This document shows, one piece after another, positions 10,510 to 20,134 of a stretch of 64,000 nucleotides of DNA. The DNA comes from Dehalococcoidia bacterium. Lineage in GTDB: Bacteria > Chloroflexota > Dehalococcoidia > Lucifugimonadales > GCA-002694895. The notes below the pieces were generated by a model that was given only the letters and a program-made list of their open reading frames with translations, searched no databases and was not told the DNA's origin. The DNA is taken from the NCBI GenBank assembly GCA_045564835.1, contig JBJLGN010000030.1:37545-101544 (forward strand), given 5' to 3'. The position numbers and the translations under genes are program-made. Position 1 is the first letter of the stretch. The number at the start of each line of letters is the position of its first letter.

Positions 10510-11898
10510 TTAATTTTCTTTTTTGGAATTTATAGTAAATATTAGTGTAATTAATGATAATATTACAGGCAGTACAAACGATTTACTAATTGCAGATATA
10601 TATGATTCTGGATCTATGTTTTGTGTCGTAGCATCACTAACGAAATCAGGTAAAAATAATAGAACAAACGCAGTTGACAATGAAATTCCAATTATATTTC
10701 CTGATGTTCTAATCAAAGTTAGCAATGCATTAACTGAGCCATAATCTTTCTCTTTTATTCCAGAAAATATGTAACTAGTATTTGCTGACCCAAATATTCC
10801 CATCCCTAATCCTTGAAAAGCATAAGCAATCATTACAAATTCTTTATTGAAAATATTTGCAAATAAAAATAAAGTTACAGAAATCAATAAACTTGTTGCA
10901 CCTATTATTCTTGGATAATAACTTCCTAATTTATCAGAAATTCTTCCTGCAATTGGTCCTGATGTTGCCATCATTATTGGGCCTGGAAGTATGTATAGCC
11001 CTGTCTGAGATGAAGATAATCCATAGCCATTGATTAATAAAAATGGTGATAAGTAATATATAGGAGAATTTGAAATAAACGATGTGAATCTTACTAAGTT
11101 ACCAAATTTAAAACTTTTATTTTTAAATAAACTAATTTGTATTAATGAATTATTTGATTTATTCTTTTTTTCATAAATTACAAAAATAATAAGACAACTT
11201 ATTGAAATAGGAATCCCAATTAAAATCCAATATATATTCCATCCTGAAGAAGAAAACATAGATATACTTATTATTAGACTAGATATCGTAAAAATTGAAA
11301 ATATAGTTCCTTTCATATCGAAGTTAAATTTAGTATTTTTTTTATTACTTTTAATATTTATAAATGTTGCGAAAAATATTGCTATTAAAGTTAAGAATGT
11401 AACAAAATTAAAAATTCCTCTCCAGCCGTAATTATCTATTATGTACCCACCAATAATCGGACTTGTAATTGATCCGATTCCTATAATTGACATAAATATT
11501 CCTAGGGCTTTCCCTCTATCTTTGATGTCGAACAATTGAATTATCATTGCCATTCCATTAGATTGAATAGCTGCTGATCCTATTCCTTGAATAGATTTAA
11601 ACAAAATTAGTATCATTACAAATTCAGCTTTACCAGTTATAAATACTGCACCACAAAAAATAATTAACCCAAATATATAAATCTTTTTTCTTCCATATAA
11701 ATCAGCAATTTTAGCAGAGGGCATTAAAAACGAACTTGTCACAAGCACAAAAGTGATGGGAATCCATTGCGTTGTTGATAATGATATTTCCAAATCATTA
11801 CTAATAGTTGGCAGAGCTAGATTAAGCATAGTATTGTCAACTACTTCTACAAATTGCCCAAGTGCTACCCCTAATAGGGATGAAAAGAAATCAAGCAT
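10510..11898 (-). CDS. MFS transporter, DHA2 (14-TM) type
   Basis: DNTMLNLALPTI, ADLYGRKK, GWRGIF. Confidence 0.88.
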   Translation of the reverse strand: MLDFFSSLLGVALGQFVEVVDNTMLNLALPTISNDLEISLSTTQWIPITFVLVTSSFLMPSAKIADLYGRKKIYIFGLIIFCGAVFITGKAEFVMILILFKSIQGIGSAAIQSNGMAMIIQLFDIKDRGKALGIFMSIIGIGSITSPIIGGYIIDNYGWRGIFNFVTFLTLIAIFFATFINIKSNKKNTKFNFDMKGTIFSIFTISSLIISISMFSSSGWNIYWILIGIPISISCLIIFVIYEKKNKSNNSLIQISLFKNKSFKFGNLVRFTSFISNSPIYYLSPFLLINGYGLSSSQTGLYILPGPIMMATSGPIAGRISDKLGSYYPRIIGATSLLISVTLFLFANIFNKEFVMIAYAFQGLGMGIFGSANTSYIFSGIKEKDYGSVNALLTLIRTSGNIIGISLSTAFVLLFLPDFVSDATTQNIDPESYISAISKSFVLPVILSLITLIFTINSKKEN

Positions 11899-12598
11899 CT
11901 AAAATATGTGGATCTATTACTTTTTCGTTAATTTTGTTATCTTCTAAATCTAGAAGATAACCTTTGGATCCTTTTTTAGGTGTTACTAATTTATGCAATT
12001 TTTCATTAATGTAATGAGCTGCCACATAATCATCTAATGCTATTCCTGGAGGTAATGTTTTGGATTTAATGAGATTTTCATAAATGGGTCTTCGATGTAT
12101 TTCTCCGTCAAAGTGCGGACAAGCACTTCCTTTAAGAAAACCAAGTCCAGTCTTTAATTCTTTTAAAGGTCCATAAGAGTCAGTTACACTACTTTCAAAC
12201 CAACAAATCATTCCTGCGCTAGCACCTGTTAATATTATTCCCTGATCCCAAGCTTTTTCTAAGATTTTATCTATACCGTGGTTTTCCCATATTGATAGCA
12301 TATTTAATGTATTTCCGCCTGATACTTCGATTATATCTTGATCAAGTAAATAGTTTTCCAAATTTCTTTCATCTCTGTTAAATAGTGGAAGATGGCTAGG
12401 CTCAGCTATATTATTGTTAAACGCTCTATAAAATCTTTCTATAGCAAAAGCTGAATCTCCAACTGCTGTTGGAATAAAAGCTATTTTAGGTTTTGTTTTA
12501 CCAGAAGCCTGTAATTTATACTTATCTAATGCTGTATTTAAATTGTCTGTTCCTACTCCACCACCACCTAAAGCTATGATTTGTTTTTTTATATCCAT
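11891..12598 (-). CDS. Peptidase E (S51 family)
   Basis: FIPTA, VSGGNT, GASAG, CPHFD; start re-assigned to MDIKK. Confidence 0.88.
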   Translation of the reverse strand: MDIKKQIIALGGGGVGTDNLNTALDKYKLQASGKTKPKIAFIPTAVGDSAFAIERFYRAFNNNIAEPSHLPLFNRDERNLENYLLDQDIIEVSGGNTLNMLSIWENHGIDKILEKAWDQGIILTGASAGMICWFESSVTDSYGPLKELKTGLGFLKGSACPHFDGEIHRRPIYENLIKSKTLPPGIALDDYVAAHYINEKLHKLVTPKKGSKGYLLDLEDNKINEKVIDPHILDA

Positions 12599-12608
12599 AA
12601 TTTTACCT

Positions 12609-12800
12609 TTATCTTTTTGGTTCTCTGGTCCAAAACTCGCAGCTATTATCTTCACATTTTAGCCATTTGAATTTTTCGGGTTCTACGACATTTTCATTTA
12701 TTTTTTCACTTAATTCCGAAAACATAACTTCGATTAAATCACTGCTTTTATTTATAGAACACAGAGGACATTTGTTTGATTGATCTATATTTTCATTCAT
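12609..12800 (-). CDS. Small putative zinc-binding protein (63 aa)
   Basis: CPLC and CEDNSC Cys pairs. Confidence 0.55.
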   Translation of the reverse strand: MNENIDQSNKCPLCSINKSSDLIEVMFSELSEKINENVVEPEKFKWLKCEDNSCEFWTREPKR

Positions 12801-12881
12801 GAATTTTAAACTAACAGAAGACAGTCAATAAATCAATTTATTGCTTGTATTTAAATTAAAATTAATGCAAAATATTTTTAT

Positions 12882-12964
12882 TAATGGGGAGCACATGCTG
12901 AGAGGATGAAACGCCATCGACCCAAAAACTGATCTGGATAATGCCAGCGTAGACTCTCTCATTA
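12882..12964 (+). ncRNA. TPP riboswitch (variant)
   Basis: GGGG..GC..GCTGAGA..ACCC..CTGATCTGGATAATGCCAGCGTAG core, directly upstream of a symporter gene. Confidence 0.9.
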
Positions 12965-12978
12965 GTAAAAATAATTTA

Positions 12979-14397
12979 ATGGAGAGTGTTGTGGAATTTT
13001 ATTCTTACTTATCAATTGTTTTAGTTTCAATAATCTTTTTTATAATTGTATATAGAAAATTTAGTAAATCAAAATTATCGTTTGAAAATTATATTATTGA
13101 TCGTAATAATATTGATACGTCTAATTCTGTAAACACACTTACATCTTCTGTTTTAGGTGCATGGATTTTATTCAGTCCTGCAGAGGCGGGCACATGGTCT
13201 GGAATTAATGGTATATTTGGTTATTCAATAGGACAAGCGTTACCTTTTTTAGCATTTGTATTTATAGGTCCTAAATTAAGAAGTTTATTTCCCAAAGGTT
13301 TTTCAGTTACAGAATTTGTCAATTTTAGATATGGTAATTTTGCAAATATTATTGTTGGAATTATATCTGTTTTCTACATGGTTGTTTTTCTTTGTGCTGA
13401 ATTAACTGGAATTTCATCTGCTGCTAACTTAATCAGTAATATCCCAACTTGGTTTACAGCTTTAGTTATTGGATTAAGTGTAGCCACATATGTTTCGTTT
13501 GCTGGAATTAAAGCATCAATTCTTACTGATAAGTATCAATTCAGATTTATTTTCCCATTGATACTAGCAGCAGTTTTAATGGTATTTTTAGATATTGATT
13601 TATCCAAAATATTTACAGAACAAGAAAATAATTTGTTATCTCTTTCTAATTTGACGGGAGCAAAATTTGGTTTAACTTTAATTATTGCTGTTTTTTCAGC
13701 TAACATGTTTCATCAAGGATTATGGCAACGAATTTATAGTGTAAAAAATTCTAAGTCTTTAATAACTTCATTTACAATCACTTCAGTAATAGTAATTCCA
13801 GTGATATTTATATTTGGTTTTATCGGAATAATCGCTACTGGAGTAAATACAGCTGAAAATCCATCTATAGCTTTGTTCGATACAATCTTAAAATATTCGT
13901 CTGAGTGGACAATTTTTGCATTTTTACTATTAGCTATTTTGTTAGTAAGCAGCAGTTTAGATACACTTTTTAATTCGGTATCTAGCATTGTAGGAACTGA
14001 CTTAATGAAAATAATTCCTCATAAAGAAAATTATGTTAAACTTGCAATGAAAATTACACCTTATATATGTTTGATTCCTGCTATCTTTGTTGTGACTCAA
14101 GGGTATAGTGTGTTGTATCTATTTTTAATAGCTGACATGGTTTGTGCAGCTATTTTATTCCCTGTGTTTTTTGGACTTTATACCTCTAACTTTAACGGAA
14201 GAGATTCTGTAATTTCTATGATAATTGGTCTTTTTGTTGGTAGTGTTTTGTTTGCAAAGCCTGATATGTCTCCATTAATTAAATCCATTCCATACTCAGG
14301 GGATTTATTTGTGTCGTTTTATATGGCTTTTATTACTTCTACTTTAACTGCATTATTATTATATTTAAAAAATAAAAAAATTATTTCTTTTAAATAA
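12979..14397 (+). CDS. Sodium:solute symporter, probable thiamin-precursor transporter (ThiV-like)
   Basis: LGAWILFSPAE, SILTD..Q, FHQGLWQR, SSLDT; TPP riboswitch upstream; alternative GTG start at 12991. Confidence 0.82.
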   Translation: MESVVEFYSYLSIVLVSIIFFIIVYRKFSKSKLSFENYIIDRNNIDTSNSVNTLTSSVLGAWILFSPAEAGTWSGINGIFGYSIGQALPFLAFVFIGPKLRSLFPKGFSVTEFVNFRYGNFANIIVGIISVFYMVVFLCAELTGISSAANLISNIPTWFTALVIGLSVATYVSFAGIKASILTDKYQFRFIFPLILAAVLMVFLDIDLSKIFTEQENNLLSLSNLTGAKFGLTLIIAVFSANMFHQGLWQRIYSVKNSKSLITSFTITSVIVIPVIFIFGFIGIIATGVNTAENPSIALFDTILKYSSEWTIFAFLLLAILLVSSSLDTLFNSVSSIVGTDLMKIIPHKENYVKLAMKITPYICLIPAIFVVTQGYSVLYLFLIADMVCAAILFPVFFGLYTSNFNGRDSVISMIIGLFVGSVLFAKPDMSPLIKSIPYSGDLFVSFYMAFITSTLTALLLYLKNKKIISFK

Positions 14398-14479
14398 ATA
14401 AATGACAGATCAATGAATTTCGTCATGATTAATACTTTAACATGATTATATATTCTTTTATTATAAATACAGAATAGGA

Positions 14480-15523
14480 GTGTTATTTAGTATGGATCGA
14501 TCAATAAATAAAAAAATTGGAACTAATTATCTGCAACTTGATACCCCAAGTTTAGTATTAGACATTGATGCTTTCAAATTTAATTTAGATACTATAAATT
14601 TCAAATTGAACGCAATTGATTTAAGTGTAAGAATTGACGTGAATTCTCATTTGTCTAAAGATATACTAAACCTCCAATTAAATGGCTTTTCAAATGCTTT
14701 GGGTATTTCTTCTTCTAACATTGGACAAGCTTCTGTTTTCTCACAGATGACTGATGACATTCTGGTAGATAGCCCTATTTTATCTAGCGATAAACTGGAT
14801 TCTCTTATCAACATTAATGCTAAATGTGCTTATAACTCATTGGTTCAATTACAATCAATTGACCAAAGCAAACTATCAGGTGTGTATATAAAAATTTTCG
14901 AACAAGAAATTAATGAATTTGACAGAAATATTTTATCTTTCGTTACTGAAAATAAAATTAAAATTAATGGGGTTATTTTTGAATTTTCAAATTATAAATC
15001 TAAAAAAAACAATATTGTAAGCCAATTTTTAGAATCGTATCCTGAATTAAGTAAAATCACAAATAACTTTATTGCCTCAGGGAAAATTGCTATTTCTGAT
15101 TATGAATTACTTGATTCTAATTTCACAGAAATTATAATATCTAAGCTACCATTAATTGACAATGAAATAATAAAAAATAATGAAGAAGAATTACAAGAAT
15201 CAATTAAAATCATTTCTTCTGTTTTAAGTATCCCTGACAATGATCGAATGGTATTAGATACTGGTCAAAAAGCAATTAACATTGATTACGGATTTCCCAA
15301 AATTAAAGGTATTAAATCCGCAGAAGTTCAATATCTAAGTGCAGAACACACAAATATTTTTGTTGAAAAAAATGAACTAAAAGAATTTAATTTGCAAGAT
15401 AAAATTGAAATTATTCCAAATGATATTTCATCAGTCTTAAATCAATTTGATTCTATAGCAATAATTAGAAATGATAAGTTATTATCTGTTTTTGAAATTT
15501 CTGCAAGAGGTGTATACAAATGA
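14480..15523 (+). CDS. Degenerate DSD1/D-threonine aldolase-like (alanine racemase fold) protein
   Basis: LDTPSLVLD, LDTGQKA, LSAEH, ISARG; PLP-lysine motif appears lost. Confidence 0.7.
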   Translation: MLFSMDRSINKKIGTNYLQLDTPSLVLDIDAFKFNLDTINFKLNAIDLSVRIDVNSHLSKDILNLQLNGFSNALGISSSNIGQASVFSQMTDDILVDSPILSSDKLDSLININAKCAYNSLVQLQSIDQSKLSGVYIKIFEQEINEFDRNILSFVTENKIKINGVIFEFSNYKSKKNNIVSQFLESYPELSKITNNFIASGKIAISDYELLDSNFTEIIISKLPLIDNEIIKNNEEELQESIKIISSVLSIPDNDRMVLDTGQKAINIDYGFPKIKGIKSAEVQYLSAEHTNIFVEKNELKEFNLQDKIEIIPNDISSVLNQFDSIAIIRNDKLLSVFEISARGVYK

Positions 15524-16608
15524 CAACAATTGGACAAAATATAAACGATCTATCTACTCCTGAATTAATAGTTGATCTTAATATTGTTGATAAAAATTAC
15601 AAAACAGTTTCAGATGCCTATTCAAATTCTCACTTAAAAATGAGGACTCATACAAAAAATTTAAAGAGTCCATTTTTAGCTAGAAGACAAGTTGAAGCAG
15701 GAGGTAGTAATGGCGGAGTTTGTACAGCAAAAGTTTCTGAAGCTGAAGTTATGATTGAAGGTGGGTTTAATAATATATTAATTGCAAACCAAGTTGTTTC
15801 TGACGATAAAATTGAAAGATTATGTAGTCTTGCAAAAAATGCTGATATGAAAGTAGGAATCGATAATGTAGAAAACCTAAATAATTTATCTAAATTTGCC
15901 GTAAAACATGATGTGAATTTAGGTGTATTGATTGAAATCAACACATCAATGTTTAGATGTGGAGTAAGAAGCACTGAACATGCAGTTGATTTAGCTAAAG
16001 CTGCTTCTTCTTTGCCTAATATAAATTTCAAGGGTGTAATGAGTCATCAAAGTATAAAAGAGCCCGATCCATCTAAAAAAGAGAGATGGGATATTGGTGA
16101 AAGTTATATTGATACTTTTTTAGATGCTAAAAGAGCAATAGAGGAAGCAGGAATTGATGTTGAGATTGTATCAACAGGTGAAACTTTTACTTTTGATATA
16201 GTTTTAAAATACCCGGAAATAACCGAAGTTCAAGGTGGAACTTATGCTCTAATGGATGTTAATTATCCCTATATGCCTTTTGATATAGCAGCTAAAGTAA
16301 TGTGTTCGATTATTGATATTAATTTAGATAAAAATCTAATCACTATAGATTCTGGTAGTAAGTGTATAGCTGCTCCTAATTTTGCTAAACCAATATTAGA
16401 AGATACAGAATCGGAATTACAATCAATGAAATTAGATTATTCAATATACAAAGTGCCTAATGCAAACAAATTTAATTTAGGTCAGAAGCTTTTTCTACTT
16501 ACTACTCATCAAGATGGATTAATTAATAGATGGGACCAATTTGTTGGTACTCGTGGGCAAATTGTTGAAGGCGTATGGGATATACTAGGTAGAGGTTGTT
16601 ATCACTAA
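15520..16608 (+). CDS. DSD1/D-threonine aldolase family PLP enzyme
   Basis: TPELIVD, RTHTK, CTAKVSEAE, RCGV, EVQGGTYALMD, GRG. Confidence 0.85.
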   Translation: MTTIGQNINDLSTPELIVDLNIVDKNYKTVSDAYSNSHLKMRTHTKNLKSPFLARRQVEAGGSNGGVCTAKVSEAEVMIEGGFNNILIANQVVSDDKIERLCSLAKNADMKVGIDNVENLNNLSKFAVKHDVNLGVLIEINTSMFRCGVRSTEHAVDLAKAASSLPNINFKGVMSHQSIKEPDPSKKERWDIGESYIDTFLDAKRAIEEAGIDVEIVSTGETFTFDIVLKYPEITEVQGGTYALMDVNYPYMPFDIAAKVMCSIIDINLDKNLITIDSGSKCIAAPNFAKPILEDTESELQSMKLDYSIYKVPNANKFNLGQKLFLLTTHQDGLINRWDQFVGTRGQIVEGVWDILGRGCYH

Positions 16609-16612
16609 GTAA

Positions 16613-17488
16613 TTATTTATTTCTTTGTCTTAACTTGCTAGTTCCATATATTATTCCTGCTATTAAAATCCATACTGGAGTGAAAACAAATAAGAATATT
16701 ATTATTTGAATTAAAAATTGTCCAAAGCTGGACAATGCTTTAATAGCATCTAGGGCAATATCTCTAGTATTCCATGAAGGATCATCTATTGATATTGGGT
16801 TTGGTATTTCTTCTATATATATATCAACTAAGGATGTTATGACAGAATTTTGTACGATATTGAATCTGCTTTTTAAGCTATCAATTTCTGATCTAAGTCT
16901 AGATAATTCTTTTTCAATATCAATTATTTCTTTGACTGAATCAGTTTGATTCAGAAGCTTTGTGAGTCTTTGTTCAGATGATTCTAGGCTTTCAATCTTA
17001 GCTTTGACATCAACATATTGCTCTGTAATATCTTGGGTATAAACACTTTTTCTAACTGTTTCATTTGCGTGGCCGGTGATAGTATCTAAAAAATTATCAA
17101 GAGAATCGGAAGGTATTCTAACTGACATTCTCGCCCATTTGTTTTCATAGCCTGTGTTTGGAGTATATGATGACGAAGATACAATGTATCCGTTAATATC
17201 TTCTACGTTTTTATTAATATATTCAGTTGATTCCTTTAAAGATTTTACTGAAATATCTAATTGCGCATTTTTTGAAACTTTTCGTTCTGTAATATTTAAT
17301 ATTGAGTCATTAAATTCAGATTGACTTATTTCTTGTGAATTAGAAATACTTGTATTAGATACCCCCATTGATTGAGCTGATCTATCGTACTCTGATTGGT
17401 AATTATTTCTATCATCATTATCATCGCACGCAATAATAATTAATAATAATGCTCCGATTGATACAAATTTTACAATTAACTTAACCAT
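16613..17488 (-). CDS. DUF4349-like lipoprotein
   Basis: Lipobox IIAC, VRIP, DITEQYVD, coiled coil IEKELSRLRSEID, C-terminal TM. Confidence 0.8.
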   Translation of the reverse strand: MVKLIVKFVSIGALLLIIIACDDNDDRNNYQSEYDRSAQSMGVSNTSISNSQEISQSEFNDSILNITERKVSKNAQLDISVKSLKESTEYINKNVEDINGYIVSSSSYTPNTGYENKWARMSVRIPSDSLDNFLDTITGHANETVRKSVYTQDITEQYVDVKAKIESLESSEQRLTKLLNQTDSVKEIIDIEKELSRLRSEIDSLKSRFNIVQNSVITSLVDIYIEEIPNPISIDDPSWNTRDIALDAIKALSSFGQFLIQIIIFLFVFTPVWILIAGIIYGTSKLRQRNK

Positions 17489-17591
17489 CTCAAAATTATC
17501 ACATTAAATTTCTATATATAAAATAGGTAAATAGTCTCTTTTTAGATAATTTATTAAATTTATTATAATTTGTAATTCTTGTTAATTTTGG

Positions 17592-17636
17592 CACTATATG
17601 TTGTAGGTATACCAATTTGCACTACAAAAAGTAGTG
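17592..17636. promoter_or_regulatory. Tandem NrdR-box-like motifs
   Basis: CACTATATGTTGTA (17592) and TACAAAAAGTAGTG (17623), starts 31 bp apart, just upstream of TTGACA at 17651. Confidence 0.4.
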
Positions 17637-17736
17637 TATTTGTAATGAAATTGACAAATTAATGTTGCGATTTGTATTTTAATATAATATTTTCAAATAA
17701 TTGCATGTCATTAGTCACTTTTAAGGAGGTAATAAT

Positions 17737-18501
17737 ATGGCAGATAAAATTAAAAAAGGAGATTGGTCCGCTAATACAACGGGTATTTTACTCATAATTG
17801 GACCTATTTTAGTAATATTATTTAATAGCTTAAACCCTGTTAATGCAGCCAACGCTTTTAGCTTTTCATTTAGCCCTGATAAAATTGAAGGTGTTATATC
17901 TGCTTTGTCTGGAAATGAATCAAATAGCCAATTATATGGCTTGTTGCTAACTTTAAGCTTATTGTTGTTACCATTAGCAATTGGTGGAATAGCTCGCATT
18001 TGCCAAGATGACCCTGGAAGAAAGTGGGCATCTTTTGGCTTTGTTTTAAGTATTGTTGCAGTTGCGATATGGGCTGTATCCAATGGTGTGGGATTAGCTT
18101 TAGCTACCGCAGTATCTAATTGGGGAGATGCCATGTCTGCTACCGCAATGGCTACTCAAGCAGGAAATGCTGCAGGAGCTGCACAAGCGCAACAAACTGC
18201 AGGAGCCTTAGCTATATCAGCTGGTGTTATGAATGCCATCGTATTAGGAGCGCATCAAATGGCGACTACTATATTTATGGTAGGAACTTTAAGTGTAGGT
18301 ATAGGAATGACTATGAGTGGCGCTTTTAATTCAATAATTTCTAGGTTAATAGCTTTAGGTGGATTAGTAGGACTAGTATTAGTACTACTTTACCCTGTTA
18401 GTTCTGACCCAGGATTTGGTATTGTTGGAATAATATTCTTGGTACTTGCGATAAAATTTGTTGTTGCAGGAGTTACTATAATTAGAGCTTCAAAAAAATA
18501 A
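17737..18501 (+). CDS. Membrane protein (DUF4386-like) with Ala-rich insertion
   Basis: TAAGGAGGT RBS, about 6 TM, segment ATAMATQAGNAAGAAQAQQTAGA. Confidence 0.7.
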   Translation: MADKIKKGDWSANTTGILLIIGPILVILFNSLNPVNAANAFSFSFSPDKIEGVISALSGNESNSQLYGLLLTLSLLLLPLAIGGIARICQDDPGRKWASFGFVLSIVAVAIWAVSNGVGLALATAVSNWGDAMSATAMATQAGNAAGAAQAQQTAGALAISAGVMNAIVLGAHQMATTIFMVGTLSVGIGMTMSGAFNSIISRLIALGGLVGLVLVLLYPVSSDPGFGIVGIIFLVLAIKFVVAGVTIIRASKK

Positions 18502-18507
18502 TTTTTA

Positions 18508-18545
18508 TTTTTGGCTACATGTGACAACTTACATGTAGCCAAAAA
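18508..18545. terminator. 15-bp perfect stem-loop after the membrane protein gene (atypical terminator or stabiliser)
   Basis: TTTTTGGCTACATGT-gacaactt-ACATGTAGCCAAAAA. Confidence 0.6.
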
Positions 18546-18557
18546 AATTATAAAATA

Positions 18558-18914
18558 ATGTATTACATCCAAAAAAATAAAGAAACAAAAATAAAATCAG
18601 AAAATATGCATGCTGGGAAAGGTATTATTCATCGCAAGCCTATATTTCGAGATGTTTCCAAATTAAAAGTTGAAATTGAAGAATGGATTTTAGAACCAAA
18701 TGTCAGTGAAGGTGATCATACACATTCAGATAACAGACCTTTAGAAGAAATCTATTATGTTCTTGAAGGTGAAGGAGATTTTGTTATTAATGATGAAAAA
18801 GTACATTTGATTCCAGGTGAATCAATTATGGTTCCACCTAATGTTCCTCATTCTGTTGAGAATAACAGTGATAAAAATTTAAGATTTATAATTGTTTGGG
18901 GAATATCAAAATAG
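18558..18914 (+). CDS. Cupin domain protein
   Basis: HTH..EEIYYVLEGEG..PHSVEN. Confidence 0.85.
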   Translation: MYYIQKNKETKIKSENMHAGKGIIHRKPIFRDVSKLKVEIEEWILEPNVSEGDHTHSDNRPLEEIYYVLEGEGDFVINDEKVHLIPGESIMVPPNVPHSVENNSDKNLRFIIVWGISK

Positions 18915-18918
18915 TTAT

Positions 18919-20067
18919 TTAAATTTCAAACTCATGTATATTTGCTAGCAGACTAGCTAGGATTGAAATTTTTTCATGAAACATATCTATTTCTATATAT
19001 TCGTGTTCTGCATGAGCACCGTCTCCAACTCCGCCTAATCCGTCTAGCACAGGTGTACCAGTAGAAGCTGCAAAATTTCCATCTGATCCTCCTCCAACAG
19101 GAAACCCTGTTTCAGTAAATGTTACGTCCATGTCACTAACAGTATTTTTAGCCCACTCATACAAGTTAACAATTTTTTCAGTTCTTTCCATTGGAGGTCT
19201 ATTCATTCCTCCAGTAACTTCTAATTTACTTCCTCCTAATACTGGTTCTAAAGACTTTATTTTGTCATCTAGAATTTTTGCCTCTTCATTAGTAACAACT
19301 CGTAAATCTATTAAGGCTTCTGATTTAGCAGGAACTTGATTTCTTACTACACCACCTTCTGCTCTTCCTATATTTACTGTGGTTCCCGTACTTTTATCAT
19401 TGAATGAATTTAATTTAAGTATTTGATGAGCCAATTCAACATTTGCGCTAATTCCATTCTCAGGTTCACTGCCTGCATGCGCAGCTTTCCCATCAATAGA
19501 AATATAATACATTCCTACACCTTTTCTTGCGGTTTTGATCATACCTTTGAAACTAGACTCAAGACAAAAAGTCACATCACTTTTTAAAGCCTCTTCTTTA
19601 ATTAAATCCATGGAATTTTCACTTCCAAGTTCCTCGTCCGAATTAAATAAAATTTTTATTTTATTTTTTGGAGTGATATTTAATTCACTTAAAATACGAA
19701 GAGCTTCAAGAGCTATTGTTATGCCAACTTTCATGTCAAATATACCAGGACCTGTTGCAATATTATCTTTTACAGTAAAAGGTCTTTCTTTCAATGTTCC
19801 TATTGGCCAAACTGTATCCATGTGACATAAAATCAACGTGGTTTTATCACCGGAATGGAATTCAGATGTAAAATTATCTCCCAGATCGTCCTGAGGATAA
19901 AATGTATTACTACCTCCTAATGATGTGCATACTTCTGATAAATATTTACTCAATTGATCTACTGATTTTTTAGAGCCTGAAAATGATTCCAAATTTACTA
20001 TGTTTTCTAATAATTTAAGACTTTGGTTTTTTTCATTTTGAACTTTTTTATATATTTCATTATTCAT
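18919..20067 (-). CDS. M20 metallopeptidase (carboxypeptidase G2-like)
   Basis: HMDTVW, GPGIFDMK, SDEELGS, HAG, GGSDGNF, GAH; start re-assigned to MNNEI after AGGAGG. Confidence 0.9.
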   Translation of the reverse strand: MNNEIYKKVQNEKNQSLKLLENIVNLESFSGSKKSVDQLSKYLSEVCTSLGGSNTFYPQDDLGDNFTSEFHSGDKTTLILCHMDTVWPIGTLKERPFTVKDNIATGPGIFDMKVGITIALEALRILSELNITPKNKIKILFNSDEELGSENSMDLIKEEALKSDVTFCLESSFKGMIKTARKGVGMYYISIDGKAAHAGSEPENGISANVELAHQILKLNSFNDKSTGTTVNIGRAEGGVVRNQVPAKSEALIDLRVVTNEEAKILDDKIKSLEPVLGGSKLEVTGGMNRPPMERTEKIVNLYEWAKNTVSDMDVTFTETGFPVGGGSDGNFAASTGTPVLDGLGGVGDGAHAEHEYIEIDMFHEKISILASLLANIHEFEI

Positions 20068-20134
20068 GGTTATGCCTCCTAATAATTTCATGGTATATTT
20101 TATTTGAGATATTTTTATAACACATATTAGGTAA

